DNA of 64,000 bases, taken from the NCBI GenBank assembly GCA_035495775.1, contig DATJFG010000186.1:13791-77790 (forward strand), in the 5' to 3' direction. The notes under the pieces are model-generated. The model was not told the DNA's origin, searched no databases, and saw only the letters and a list, made by a program, of their open reading frames with translations. The stretch comes from Verrucomicrobiia bacterium (GTDB lineage Bacteria > Desulfobacterota > Binatia > UBA9968). The translations under genes were made by a program, and so were the position numbers. Position 1 is the first letter of the stretch; every line of letters begins with the position of its first letter. This document shows positions 1 to 8,117 of this stretch, piece after piece.

Positions 1-6
1 CAGGCG

Positions 7-534
7 ATGACCTGGGTGGTCGCCGCAATCATTACGATCCTCGTCAACGCAGACACCTTGGAGATCGCGAGGCGGCTGTGGACCCAGCCGGCTCTCCGGG
101 CGTCGGTCGTCGAGCGCGCCAAGCTGCGCGCGCAAGGACCGCCGCTCAACGTCGAATATTCCGATCCGGAGTCGCCAGTGCCGGCGGCGCCCTCCATCAC
201 GCCAGCCGACAAAGCCCCTTCGGCTCCCATGCTTTCCGAAGACGAGCGCAATATGCTTGGCGACCTGCTCGGTTGGTCGGTCGACTTTGCGCGGCTGGCG
301 CAAACGACGAAAGACAGCGCCGGCGGACAAGATCTCGTTGCGATTGCACGCGGAGTCGGGTCGCTGACCTTGGCACATCTGGTCGGCTGGATTTTGACCG
401 TATTCGCGATTTCGCTCGGCGCGCCGTTCTGGTTCGACACGCTTAACAGGTTGATCAACGTTCGCTCGGCGGGCCGTTCTCCGGACGAGCCGAAGAAGCC
501 GGGCAAAGCTCCGGTGGGGGAGAAACGGACTTGA
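7..534 (+). CDS. membrane protein of unknown function, probably the 3' part of a gene starting upstream of the window
   Basis: Frame stays open back to base 1 (cag gcg atg). Hydrophobic segments VVAAIITILV and LAHLVGWILTVFAISLGAPFWF, Pro/Lys-rich tail. Stop TGA overlaps the next start (TTGA at 531-534). Confidence 0.5.
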   Translation: MTWVVAAIITILVNADTLEIARRLWTQPALRASVVERAKLRAQGPPLNVEYSDPESPVPAAPSITPADKAPSAPMLSEDERNMLGDLLGWSVDFARLAQTTKDSAGGQDLVAIARGVGSLTLAHLVGWILTVFAISLGAPFWFDTLNRLINVRSAGRSPDEPKKPGKAPVGEKRT

Positions 535-1490
535 ATACCGGCCGTCCGAGGCCCATCGGCTTCAAGGCCGCTTGCGCGTTCGCGCTTTTTGCCGCGATCG
601 CCGCCGCGGGGCAGCTTCACGCGGCGAGCAAGCTCGTCTTGAAGAACGCCTTCATCGAAAAATACAAAAACCGGGTCACGGTGGAGATCGACTTCAAGGT
701 CGATCACGCTCATCCTAAGCCCAACCCGATCAGCGCCGACGGAGAAGACGGCGACCTCCACTTCTCGGGCCGCGCCCCGGACGTCGGACTGCCGATGGTC
801 GCGGAGATCGTCAACGCCGTCGCGCCGGCGCAGAAAGCGGCGGTCGATCTCGTGCACCAAAAAGAGAAGGAACAGAAGAAACAAAATGTGCGTCTGGCCG
901 GTGTGTGGAGGCTCTGGTTCGAGCACCCGCCGGCGGGGCAGGGGCAGCAAATCCAGGGGCAGACTATACCGATTCCCGAGAACACCAATCCGGACCACGT
1001 CTTCGAGCTTCACCCGCTGACGGCGATTGGTGACAAGACGGTGCCGAAATCCTTCGCCGTGATACCGAAATTCACCGCCTACGACGCTGACACGGCGTTC
1101 GGGTACTACGAAAAGCTCCCTCTCGCTGCCAAGGCCAACGCCAGCGCGACGCTGCTCTCTTCGGTAAAGGCAAAATATAATTATGCCGAATTCGTTATCG
1201 AATTGACGAGCGCAGCGGCGCCGGTTGAGGACGGTTTTTTCGCCCTGGCGAAGGTGCTGGATCGGGAGGGGAACACGGTCGTTGACAACGCGCGGCGGAT
1301 GGCGTTCCCCCAGGGGACTTCGCCGGCAGCGATCATCAAAAGCCGAAAAAAGGGCGACCGGCTCCACGTCATCGGCATCCCGCGGCTCAATCTGGAGCGA
1401 ATCTCCGCGCTGACAAAATCGGCGGGAGGCGCCGAAGTTAAGGTCAATCTGCCTTACGAAATGATCATCGTCGGAGTCTTCCCGAACTAA
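531..1490 (+). CDS. secreted protein of unknown function
   Basis: TTG start overlapping the upstream stop, GGGGGAG about 10 nt upstream. N-terminal signal-like segment FKAACAFALFAAIAAAGQLHA. No family recognised. Confidence 0.55.
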   Translation: MNTGRPRPIGFKAACAFALFAAIAAAGQLHAASKLVLKNAFIEKYKNRVTVEIDFKVDHAHPKPNPISADGEDGDLHFSGRAPDVGLPMVAEIVNAVAPAQKAAVDLVHQKEKEQKKQNVRLAGVWRLWFEHPPAGQGQQIQGQTIPIPENTNPDHVFELHPLTAIGDKTVPKSFAVIPKFTAYDADTAFGYYEKLPLAAKANASATLLSSVKAKYNYAEFVIELTSAAAPVEDGFFALAKVLDREGNTVVDNARRMAFPQGTSPAAIIKSRKKGDRLHVIGIPRLNLERISALTKSAGGAEVKVNLPYEMIIVGVFPN

Positions 1491-1522
1491 TACTTTCTGC
1501 GCTCGTCCCGGCAACCGTTCCT

Positions 1523-1550
1523 TTGCCCGCCGTGCTGGATTCTTTATAAT
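1523..1550 (+). promoter_or_regulatory. candidate sigma70-type promoter of queG (TTGCCC-16 nt-TATAAT)
   Basis: Perfect TATAAT at 1545-1550 and TTGCCC at 1523-1528 with a 16-nt spacer, 12 nt upstream of the queG ATG. No Shine-Dalgarno in between, implying a very short leader. Confidence 0.35.
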
Positions 1551-1562
1551 GATTTAACGGCC

Positions 1563-2735
1563 ATGAAAGAGGCGAAGTCAAAAGAGCCTGCGGCGCTCTC
1601 TGCGAGCATCAAATCCGCCGCGCAGCGCCTGGGCTTCGCGCTCGCCGGCATCTCGCCCGTGGCGGCCGCGCCGCGGGAACAGTCGTTCGCCGACTGGCTG
1701 CGCAAAGGGCTCGGCGGGGAGATGGGTTACTTAAACCGCACCGAAGAGCTCCGGCGCGATCCCAAAAAACTCGTCCCCTGGGCCGTTTCCGTCGTCTCGG
1801 TCGGAATGAATTATTTCACGCCTGCCGAGCGGCCGAAGACCGCCGGCGACGCGCGCGGCTGGATCTCGCGCTACGCGTGGGGCGACGATTATCACGACGT
1901 CATGCGCGAGAGGCTCGAGGTCCTGCTCGAAGAAATTCGGGAGCTTTCCGGATGCCCTGTCGAGGGCCGGGGGTTCGTCGATTCCGGGCCGGTGTTGGAG
2001 CGCGGACTCGCCGGCGTGGCGGGCGTCGGCTGGATCGGCAAAAACACTCAGCTGATCTCGCCGAAGAAAGGGTCGTGGTTTTTTCTCGGCGAATTGTTTC
2101 TCGATCTCGAGCTGACCTACGACCGTCCAATCCGCGACCGCTGCGGTCAATGCGAACTGTGTCTCGAGGCCTGTCCCACCGGCGCTTTCCTGGGACCGTA
2201 TATTCTCGACGCGCGCCGGTGCATTTCGTACCTCACGATCGAGCTGAAAGGCGCGATCCCGCGGCATCTCCGCGGTCTCGTCGGCAATCACATCTTCGGC
2301 TGCGACATCTGCCAGGAGGTCTGCCCGTATAATGTGAAGGCGGAGCCGACGGCGGAATCGGCCTTTGCTCCGCGCGACGGACTCTATGCGCCGGAGCTCA
2401 TCCCGCTGCTTTCGCTCGATGAAGAAGAATTCCGCCGGCGGTTTAAAGGGAGCCCGCTGTTGCGCGCCAAGCGCCGCGGCTTCCTCCGCAATGTCGCCGT
2501 GGCACTCGGCAATTTAAAGGCTCCCGAAGCGGTGCCGGCGCTTGCCGGCGCGCTTGCAGATAGTGAGCCGCTGGTGCGGGCGCACGCCGCGTGGGCGTTG
2601 GGGGAGATCGCAACGACAGAAGCGGTTGCGGCGTTGATGCGGCATCTGCCATCGGAGGCGGATCCTTCGGTGAGGGAAGAGATGACCCTCGCGGTCGGGA
2701 ATGCGGAAAAGGCGAACGGCGTCGTGGCTTCTTAG
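1563..2735 (+). CDS. queG: tRNA epoxyqueuosine(34) reductase QueG
   Basis: Typical QueG N-terminus (LGFALAGISP...FADWLRKGLGGEMGYL), two 4Fe-4S Cys clusters (CGQCELCLEACP, CDICQEVCP), C-terminal HEAT-like repeats (SEPLVRAHAAWALGEI). Confidence 0.9.
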   Translation: MKEAKSKEPAALSASIKSAAQRLGFALAGISPVAAAPREQSFADWLRKGLGGEMGYLNRTEELRRDPKKLVPWAVSVVSVGMNYFTPAERPKTAGDARGWISRYAWGDDYHDVMRERLEVLLEEIRELSGCPVEGRGFVDSGPVLERGLAGVAGVGWIGKNTQLISPKKGSWFFLGELFLDLELTYDRPIRDRCGQCELCLEACPTGAFLGPYILDARRCISYLTIELKGAIPRHLRGLVGNHIFGCDICQEVCPYNVKAEPTAESAFAPRDGLYAPELIPLLSLDEEEFRRRFKGSPLLRAKRRGFLRNVAVALGNLKAPEAVPALAGALADSEPLVRAHAAWALGEIATTEAVAALMRHLPSEADPSVREEMTLAVGNAEKANGVVAS

Positions 2736-3142
2736 TCCGCCAGAGCGTTTTGTAAAATCGCATTCAGCTCGGGCGTTATCTTGACGAGCTTACCCGCGCC
2801 GTCGAGACAGGCGTGCCGAGTCCACCCCTCGACCAGCAATACCCCGTCGTTCTGGCGCAGGATCTTGTAACCGAAAACCAGCGTAGCGCGCCCGAGCGCC
2901 TGGAGAATCGTCTCGACGGCGATCTCGTCGTCGAATCGCGCCGAGCGCAAGTACCGGCAGGAGACCTCGGTGACGGGGAAAAAAAGGCCGCGCTTTTCGA
3001 CCGCCGTATAGGGGGCGCCGATCTGTCTTAACAGCTCGGTCCTACCCATCTCGAACCATCTCAAATAGTTGGCGTAGTAAACGACGCCCATTTGATCGGT
3101 GTCGCCGTAAATCACGCGGTAAGAGGAGACGTTTTTGGTCAT
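2732..3142 (-). CDS. acyl-CoA thioesterase, YbgC/4HBT hotdog family
   Basis: N-terminus YRVIYGDTDQMGVVYYANYLRWFEMGRTELLRQIG is the 4-hydroxybenzoyl-CoA thioesterase/YbgC signature. Convergent with queG; the stop codons overlap (TTAG). Confidence 0.85.
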   Translation of the reverse strand: MTKNVSSYRVIYGDTDQMGVVYYANYLRWFEMGRTELLRQIGAPYTAVEKRGLFFPVTEVSCRYLRSARFDDEIAVETILQALGRATLVFGYKILRQNDGVLLVEGWTRHACLDGAGKLVKITPELNAILQNALAD

Positions 3143-3252
3143 GTTCCGATGCCTGAATCGTCCCGAATATATCAGCAGCCGGCGCTTGACTGGAAGTGCC
3201 TGCGGGGTACAATCTTCGCAGTTTCGAGGTGATAGGGAAGGGAGGATGGAAG

Positions 3253-3669
3253 ATGCGCAATAAAATTTTTGCGGCCGTTTGGGTCGTGCCGGTGGTGCTG
3301 TTCGCTCTCGCGAGCGGGATGCGCGCGGCGGAGGTGAAAATCTCGGATCAGCCGCCGCAGGAGATATCGGTTCGGAACGTGAGCGTCAAAGACGGCGCGG
3401 TCTCCGGAGAAGTCGTCAATTCCTCTTCGCGGACGATCCGCGACGTTCAGCTGCTCATTCGCTTCACGTGGCTTTGGAAAAACGAGATGAAGCCCAGGGA
3501 AGATACCCGCAGCGACGCCGTTTTTCAGACGGTCGAAGGCGATATCCCGGCCGGCGGCAGCAAGCCGTTTACGTACCGGCCGAGTTCTCCAATGACGTCT
3601 CAGGCGGACGGCCGCTACGAAGCTACCGTAAAAATCGCTGGGTTTACGCAGCTGATTCCGGCCAAATAG
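3253..3669 (+). CDS. secreted protein of unknown function
   Basis: Start moved to ATG 3253, preceded by GGGAAGGGAGGA. Signal peptide MRNKIFAAVWVVPVVLFALASGMRAAE. Confidence 0.6.
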   Translation: MRNKIFAAVWVVPVVLFALASGMRAAEVKISDQPPQEISVRNVSVKDGAVSGEVVNSSSRTIRDVQLLIRFTWLWKNEMKPREDTRSDAVFQTVEGDIPAGGSKPFTYRPSSPMTSQADGRYEATVKIAGFTQLIPAK

Positions 3670-3673
3670 ACGC

Positions 3674-4216
3674 CTAATCCGACACGCGCTGCGCGTAGCG
3701 CCGCTCGATGTACCCGGGGGGGTTGCCGCGTCTCGATTCGACCTTGAGCCACTCCCCATCGGCGCCCACGACGGTCACGAGCGTGTCTTCTTGAATCCTG
3801 GCCAGGGCCTTATAATGAATCCCGGGGCCTTCCCTGACCGACGCGTCAGCCGTCGTTTTGTAGGTGCCGCTATAGCTCCTAGCCTGCTCGGGGCCTTCGG
3901 TAGCCATTGGCTTGGCAAACCGCTCGTCGATGTAGCCGGGCGGACGGCCCTGCCTTGAGACCACCCGCAGCCAGCCACCCTCTTTGCCAGCCACATTAAC
4001 CTTCGTATTTGCCTTTATTTCCGCGATGATCTTGTGCCGGGTTCCAGGGCCGCTGCGGACCTTGACGTCCTGAATTGTCATATAAGGCCTTGTCTTTTCG
4101 GCCTCTGTCTGGACAGTGGACTCGGGCTCCCGCGCATCCTTTTTCTTACACGCGGTCAACGGTAGCAGGATGAAAAACAGGCTTAAAACCAATCCCAAGC
4201 GTGTCGATACGCGCAT
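3674..4216 (-). CDS. lipoprotein with two bacterial SH3-like domains
   Basis: Lipobox LLPLTAC. Two internal repeats of the SH3b pattern (VRSGPGTRHKIIAEIKANTKVNVAGKEGGWLRV.. and VREGPGIHYKALARIQEDTLVTVVGADGEWLKV..), each followed by G.PPGYI. Confidence 0.75.
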   Translation of the reverse strand: MRVSTRLGLVLSLFFILLPLTACKKKDAREPESTVQTEAEKTRPYMTIQDVKVRSGPGTRHKIIAEIKANTKVNVAGKEGGWLRVVSRQGRPPGYIDERFAKPMATEGPEQARSYSGTYKTTADASVREGPGIHYKALARIQEDTLVTVVGADGEWLKVESRRGNPPGYIERRYAQRVSD

Positions 4217-4297
4217 CGGCGGCGTCCCCCAAGTTTCCCAGCGAATTTAACAGAAATAGCGGGTTCCGGCAATTATTTAAAAAGCTCAATTTTTCCC

Positions 4298-4327
4298 TTG
4301 ACAACTTACAATTCCCTTGTGTATTGT
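4298..4327 (+). promoter_or_regulatory. candidate sigma70 promoter of the OmpA-like gene (TTGACA-18 nt-TATTGT)
   Basis: Perfect -35 TTGACA at 4298-4303, TATTGT at 4322-4327, A/T-rich UP-like stretch aattatttaaaaagctcaattttt just upstream. Lies in the divergent intergenic region. Confidence 0.4.
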
Positions 4328-4364
4328 ACCCCCAATTTTCCAGGTCAATTGGGGAGGAATGGGA

Positions 4365-5069
4365 ATGAAAAAGACGCTCTCTGCTTTGATAACTCTGGTC
4401 TTTTTTCTTAGCGGATGCGCGACGTGGAGTCACAAAACGAACAACGCTGTTGTGGCGGGGCTCGTTTGCGGCGCCGCGGGCGCGGGCGCCGGTGCGGGCG
4501 GAGCTCACATCGGCCGCGATAGAAAATTAAATGAAGGCGCCGGCGCCGCGATCGGTTTTACGGCCGGCGCGTTGCTCTGCGGAGCTTTAGCCTATATCTT
4601 TACAGAAGAGCCGAAGCCACCGCCGCCGCCACCTCCTCCGCCGCCACCTCCGCCGCCGCCGGCGCCGAAGCCGCCTCCGCCGCCGCCTCCTCCGCCGCCG
4701 CCTCCTCCGCCGCCACCGGCGCCGAAAGCGGAGCGGACAATTATTCTCGACAACGTCTTGTTTGACTTCGACAAGACTGCGATCAAACCCGACGGCGCGA
4801 AGATACTCGATCGGCTGATCGCGTTCTTGAAAGAAAATTCCGATAAGAGGGTGGACCTCGAAGGCCACACCGACTCTATCGGCACCGAGCAGTACAACCA
4901 GGGACTTTCCGAGCGGCGCGCCGCCTCGGTGAAAGACTACCTCGTCAAACGTGGTGTCGACGCGGGTAGGATCTCGACGCGCGGCTTCGGCAAGACTAAG
5001 CCGATCGCCGATAACAAGACCGCCGAGGGCAGGGCAAAGAACCGGCGGGTCGAAATCAAAATCCGCTAG
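4365..5069 (+). CDS. OmpA-family peptidoglycan-binding lipoprotein with polyproline linker
   Basis: Start moved to ATG 4365 (GGGGAGG 7 nt upstream). Lipobox FFLSGC. C-terminal OmpA_C pattern (LDNVLFDFDKTAIKP..LEGHTDSIGTEQYNQGLSERRAASVKDYL..RRVEIKI). Confidence 0.85.
   Translation: MKKTLSALITLVFFLSGCATWSHKTNNAVVAGLVCGAAGAGAGAGGAHIGRDRKLNEGAGAAIGFTAGALLCGALAYIFTEEPKPPPPPPPPPPPPPPPAPKPPPPPPPPPPPPPPPPAPKAERTIILDNVLFDFDKTAIKPDGAKILDRLIAFLKENSDKRVDLEGHTDSIGTEQYNQGLSERRAASVKDYLVKRGVDAGRISTRGFGKTKPIADNKTAEGRAKNRRVEIKIR
4617..4718 (+). repeat. polyproline-coding tract (P15-APK-P16) inside the OmpA-like gene
   Basis: Codon-by-codon count: 15 consecutive Pro codons (4617-4661), GCG CCG AAG, then 16 consecutive Pro codons (4671-4718). 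Mixed CCG/CCA/CCT codons, so it is not a perfect nucleotide repeat. Confidence 0.95.
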
Positions 5070-5087
5070 GCGCGAAAGGACATAACA

Positions 5088-5540
5088 ATGTTGGGGCGGC
5101 AGACAAGGATAAGAGGGACCATTGCAGGATTGCTCTTCTTAGCCTTGCTGCCGCCCCTTTTCGTTCAGGCCCAGGACGTCAAGCCGGAAGACATCAAGGC
5201 TTGGGCGATGAAGACGAAGGAATACAAACAGTGGCTCGAATCTATGAAGGGCGGTACCTTCCAGTTCTGGACGCGCATGGACGACAGCCGCCGCCCGCAC
5301 AAGGTTTACGTCGGCGAGGGATTCGAGAAAGCGGATTTTAAAGACCAGGAGCAGTTCGTCGAGATATTCTCTCACTACCTTGCAGGACATCCAGACAAGT
5401 ACATGCTGATCGACCTTTACGACGCCCGCACCGGCTCGCCTATCGGCGAGTACGGCTTCGGCGGCTTCAAGTTATTCCCGGCGGAGAGCGCGACGGTTCA
5501 GGCTCCTTCACCCGTCAAAGCCTCCGGTCCCGCGCGTTGA
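5088..5540 (+). CDS. secreted protein of unknown function
   Basis: ATG start. Signal peptide GTIAGLLFLALLPPLFVQAQD. No family recognised. Confidence 0.55.
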   Translation: MLGRQTRIRGTIAGLLFLALLPPLFVQAQDVKPEDIKAWAMKTKEYKQWLESMKGGTFQFWTRMDDSRRPHKVYVGEGFEKADFKDQEQFVEIFSHYLAGHPDKYMLIDLYDARTGSPIGEYGFGGFKLFPAESATVQAPSPVKASGPAR

Positions 5541-5679
5541 TCGTCGGCGCTTCGTTGGCCGCCCTCATTTCCCGATAAAAAATCTTCAGATTTAGACGTT
5601 TTGTCTCGGTCCGCGGTGACAATCCGCCGTCATCAGATCGGTTTCTTGCGGAAATTAAATCTTATCGATTGCCCCTCGA

Positions 5680-5774
5680 TGGCGGAGAAGGGAGGGAGTC
5701 GAACCCTCCGGGAACCTTACGATTCCCAGACTGGTTTTGAAGACCAGCGAAGCCACCGGGCCTCTTCCTTCTCC
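5680..5774 (-). tRNA. selC: tRNA-Sec (anticodon UCA), selC
   Basis: Folded by hand from the reverse complement: 8-bp acceptor GGAGAAGG/CCTTCTCC, discriminator G and encoded CCA. 6-bp D stem GAGGCC/GGCTTC with 4-nt loop, 6-bp anticodon stem GCTGGT/ACCAGT with loop CT-TCA-AA. 21-nt variable arm and 5-bp T stem GAGGG/CCCTC with loop TTCGACT. This is the 8/5 bacterial tRNA-Sec geometry, 95 nt. Confidence 0.85.
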
Positions 5775-5788
5775 CGCTGAAGCTTGAA

Positions 5789-5817
5789 ACGCTATCATTT
5801 TTCCCCCTAACGGCCAA
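5789..5817 (-). promoter_or_regulatory. weak candidate promoter for selC (TTGGCC-17 nt-TAGCGT, TG at the extended -10 position)
   Basis: On the minus strand: TTGGCC (5812-5817), 17-nt spacer ending TGA, TAGCGT (5789-5794), about 14 nt before the mature 5' end. Poor match to consensus. Confidence 0.2.
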
Positions 5818-5899
5818 GCGATGTTAAATATTCGCCGACCCGCGAAATTTTTTCTGGCGGTTCGCCCCTAAAATTTGATATAAATAGGGTGTTCACCGG

Positions 5900-6883
5900 A
5901 TGACCACTGTTCTTGCCAGACGCTTTGCCATCGCGGTACTCACCGCGATGGTCTTTTGCTCACCTGCGGCGGCCGCCAGTCCACTGAGCGACGCCAAGCG
6001 GCTTCTTGCCGAGGGCGCGCGCTTCACGTGGGATGATGCGGAGTCGCGGAGCGTCAAGATCGTCGTACAGCGCCGCGACCAAACCTCCGGGAGTGTCCGT
6101 TCGTCGATCGGCTCCGGTTTTCTCATATCGCCGGACGGTTTGTTCATTACCGCTTATCACGTAGTGAAGTACTGCCTGGGAAATAACCAAGCTCAACCGG
6201 GGTTCTCGGTTGCGGTCGACTGCTCGAAAGAACACCCGAATATCGAATATCGCGCGCTCAACGGCGGCCGCGAGTTCGAGATCGAAATCGTCTCGTATCT
6301 GCGGCGCGAAGATTCGATTAGAAGCGAGGTTCAGACACCCGAAGAGACGGCGGAGTTAAAAGATTTCGTCATCGCGCGGCTCAAGACGCCGACGGCCGGC
6401 CGGTTCGCTTATTGGCAGCTGAACGATTTTGGCAAGCCGCTCGCCGTCGATAACACCGCCAAGCATGATGACTTCAAGCCTCTCGTCCCGCCGAAAAAGG
6501 TCTTCGTCGCCGCCTATGCGGCGGGCCCGGACTTTACCCTCGCAGAAGGATTTTTAAATCTCATCGACCGGGACCGTCGCGCCTATTTTGCATGGAACCG
6601 GGATATCTACGATCCGCGGGTTCTTCAGGCGTATGATATTCCACCGGGCATTAAGTGGGGTATCCCCGTGGCGAACTATATGAGTGGAGGCGCCGTGATC
6701 GACCCCGCGGGCACGGTTATCGGCCTCGTCGTCAATCAGAGCGGAGGCAACGCCGGAGTTCTGTCGACTGAGAATTTTCTCGATACCTTCTTCTCGCGCA
6801 CCGCCGCCCCCGGCACTCCGCCCGCAGTCGTATTGACGCCGACGCGAGCACCGCTTTATTTAAAAGCGCGCGGCGGGCTGTGA
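5900..6883 (+). CDS. secreted trypsin-like (S1/S1C-type) serine peptidase
   Basis: Signal peptide. GSGFLISPDGLFITAYHVV (His box) and YMSGGAVIDPAGTVIGLVV (Ser box) resemble trypsin-like peptidase domains. No PDZ domain visible. Confidence 0.65.
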   Translation: MTTVLARRFAIAVLTAMVFCSPAAAASPLSDAKRLLAEGARFTWDDAESRSVKIVVQRRDQTSGSVRSSIGSGFLISPDGLFITAYHVVKYCLGNNQAQPGFSVAVDCSKEHPNIEYRALNGGREFEIEIVSYLRREDSIRSEVQTPEETAELKDFVIARLKTPTAGRFAYWQLNDFGKPLAVDNTAKHDDFKPLVPPKKVFVAAYAAGPDFTLAEGFLNLIDRDRRAYFAWNRDIYDPRVLQAYDIPPGIKWGIPVANYMSGGAVIDPAGTVIGLVVNQSGGNAGVLSTENFLDTFFSRTAAPGTPPAVVLTPTRAPLYLKARGGL

Positions 6884-7065
6884 CGACTAGCGCACCGCGT
6901 TTATCCCTCTCAAGTATTTCCCTAAATTGACAAAGATTCCCGCGGCCCGCACGATTGAAAGCGAGCGCTGCGGTTTTCTCGCCTCCGCTTGCGCAGTAAA
7001 AAAAATCTTTTACCGGGTAAAGAGCGAGCAGGTGCATCGACAACTCCTGAAAGGAGGGACGCAGT

Positions 7066-7977
7066 ATGTTTTATTCTAAGTGGCTCTCGTCAGCCGGAGT
7101 GCTGATGGGAGCGCTGATAATCGGTACGGCGCCAGTTTGGGCGCAAGCCGGCTCGTCCGATAAATCAAGCGGCGGCTCTGCGACCGGCCAGGGCTCGAGC
7201 AGCGGAAGCTACTCCGGACAGACCGGCTCCAGCGCGAGCGGAAGCTCGGACCGCAGCAGTCAGAGCGGCAGCAGCATAAAAAGTCCGAGCACCAGCGGGA
7301 CGAGCACCGATCAGGGCCAGAAAGGCAGCGCAAGCAGCCGAAGCAGCGGATCGAGCGACATGTCCTCGACGTCCTCGTCGGGAATGTCGTCTCCCGGCAT
7401 GTCCTCAAGCACGCATGGCAGCGCGTCGGCCGGCAGCGAAGACATCAAGAAAGTGCAGCAGGCGCTTAAAGACAAAGGCCAGGATCCGGGCGAGATCGAC
7501 GGCATCTTGGGGCCGAAGACCAAACAGGCTGTAAAGGCTTTTCAGCAGCAGCAGGGGCTTAGCGCCAGCGGCACGCTGGACAGTCAGACCAAGCAGGCGC
7601 TGGGCGTTGATGAGTCTGGCTCATCGAAGTCTAGCAAGAGCTCCTCGTCCTCACCGTCGAGCAAGTCGGGTTCGAGCAGCCTCGGCGCTACTGGGTCAGG
7701 ATCGAGCGATTCGTCCAGCTCGTCGGGTGGCAGTTCATCTCGTTCCGGCGGGACATCCTCAGGGCTGGGCGCGTCAGGTTCGGGCTCCTCTTCGGGCATG
7801 GGCTCTTCGCGGTCGAGCGGCGCCTCGTCGTCGGGAGCCGGCGATACCTCGAAGGGGCTTAGCGGCTCGTCCGATAGTTCCCCAAGCGGCGGAGCCTCTT
7901 CGTCCTCGGGGTCCTATGGCGCGGGATCTTCCTCGAAATCAACTAGCAAATCTCCGTCCGAGGGAACAAATCAATAA
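7066..7977 (+). CDS. secreted Ser/Gly-rich low-complexity protein with a central peptidoglycan-binding (PG_binding_1-like) domain
   Basis: AAAGGAGGG RBS and signal peptide. Central IKKVQQALKDKGQDPGEIDGILGPKTKQAVKAFQQQQGLSASGTLDSQTKQAL matches the PG_binding_1 helical repeat. Both flanks are almost pure S/G/T. Confidence 0.7.
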   Translation: MFYSKWLSSAGVLMGALIIGTAPVWAQAGSSDKSSGGSATGQGSSSGSYSGQTGSSASGSSDRSSQSGSSIKSPSTSGTSTDQGQKGSASSRSSGSSDMSSTSSSGMSSPGMSSSTHGSASAGSEDIKKVQQALKDKGQDPGEIDGILGPKTKQAVKAFQQQQGLSASGTLDSQTKQALGVDESGSSKSSKSSSSSPSSKSGSSSLGATGSGSSDSSSSSGGSSSRSGGTSSGLGASGSGSSSGMGSSRSSGASSSGAGDTSKGLSGSSDSSPSGGASSSSGSYGAGSSSKSTSKSPSEGTNQ

Positions 7978-7996
7978 AGCCGCGTCGGTTGAGTGT

Positions 7997-8032
7997 GAGC
8001 GGGCGGGACCCGGGTCTCGCCCGTTCTTTTTT
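7997..8032 (+). terminator. Rho-independent terminator
   Basis: 13-bp stem (7997-8009 / 8014-8026, two G-U pairs), loop CCGG, followed by TTTTTT (8027-8032), 20 nt after the stop at 7977. Confidence 0.7.
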
Positions 8033-8117
8033 AATTTAATATGTGACTTCCGGCAAAGGCGAGAGCGGCTCGTCGGTCGGAGAATTCCACCGGCGAGCCG
8101 CTGCCGGAAAAATAGCG

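Noticed and set aside
4587-4897. Poly-Arg and poly-Gly ORFs antisense to the polyproline tract
   Set aside because: They are the reverse-complement reading of CCN repeats. The OmpA-like frame is supported by a lipobox and the OmpA_C domain.
5541-5899. selC as an integration hotspot (genomic island, integrase or direct repeat of the tRNA 3' end)
   Set aside because: There is no integrase or recombinase ORF on either side, and no duplicated tRNA 3' segment was seen within the window.
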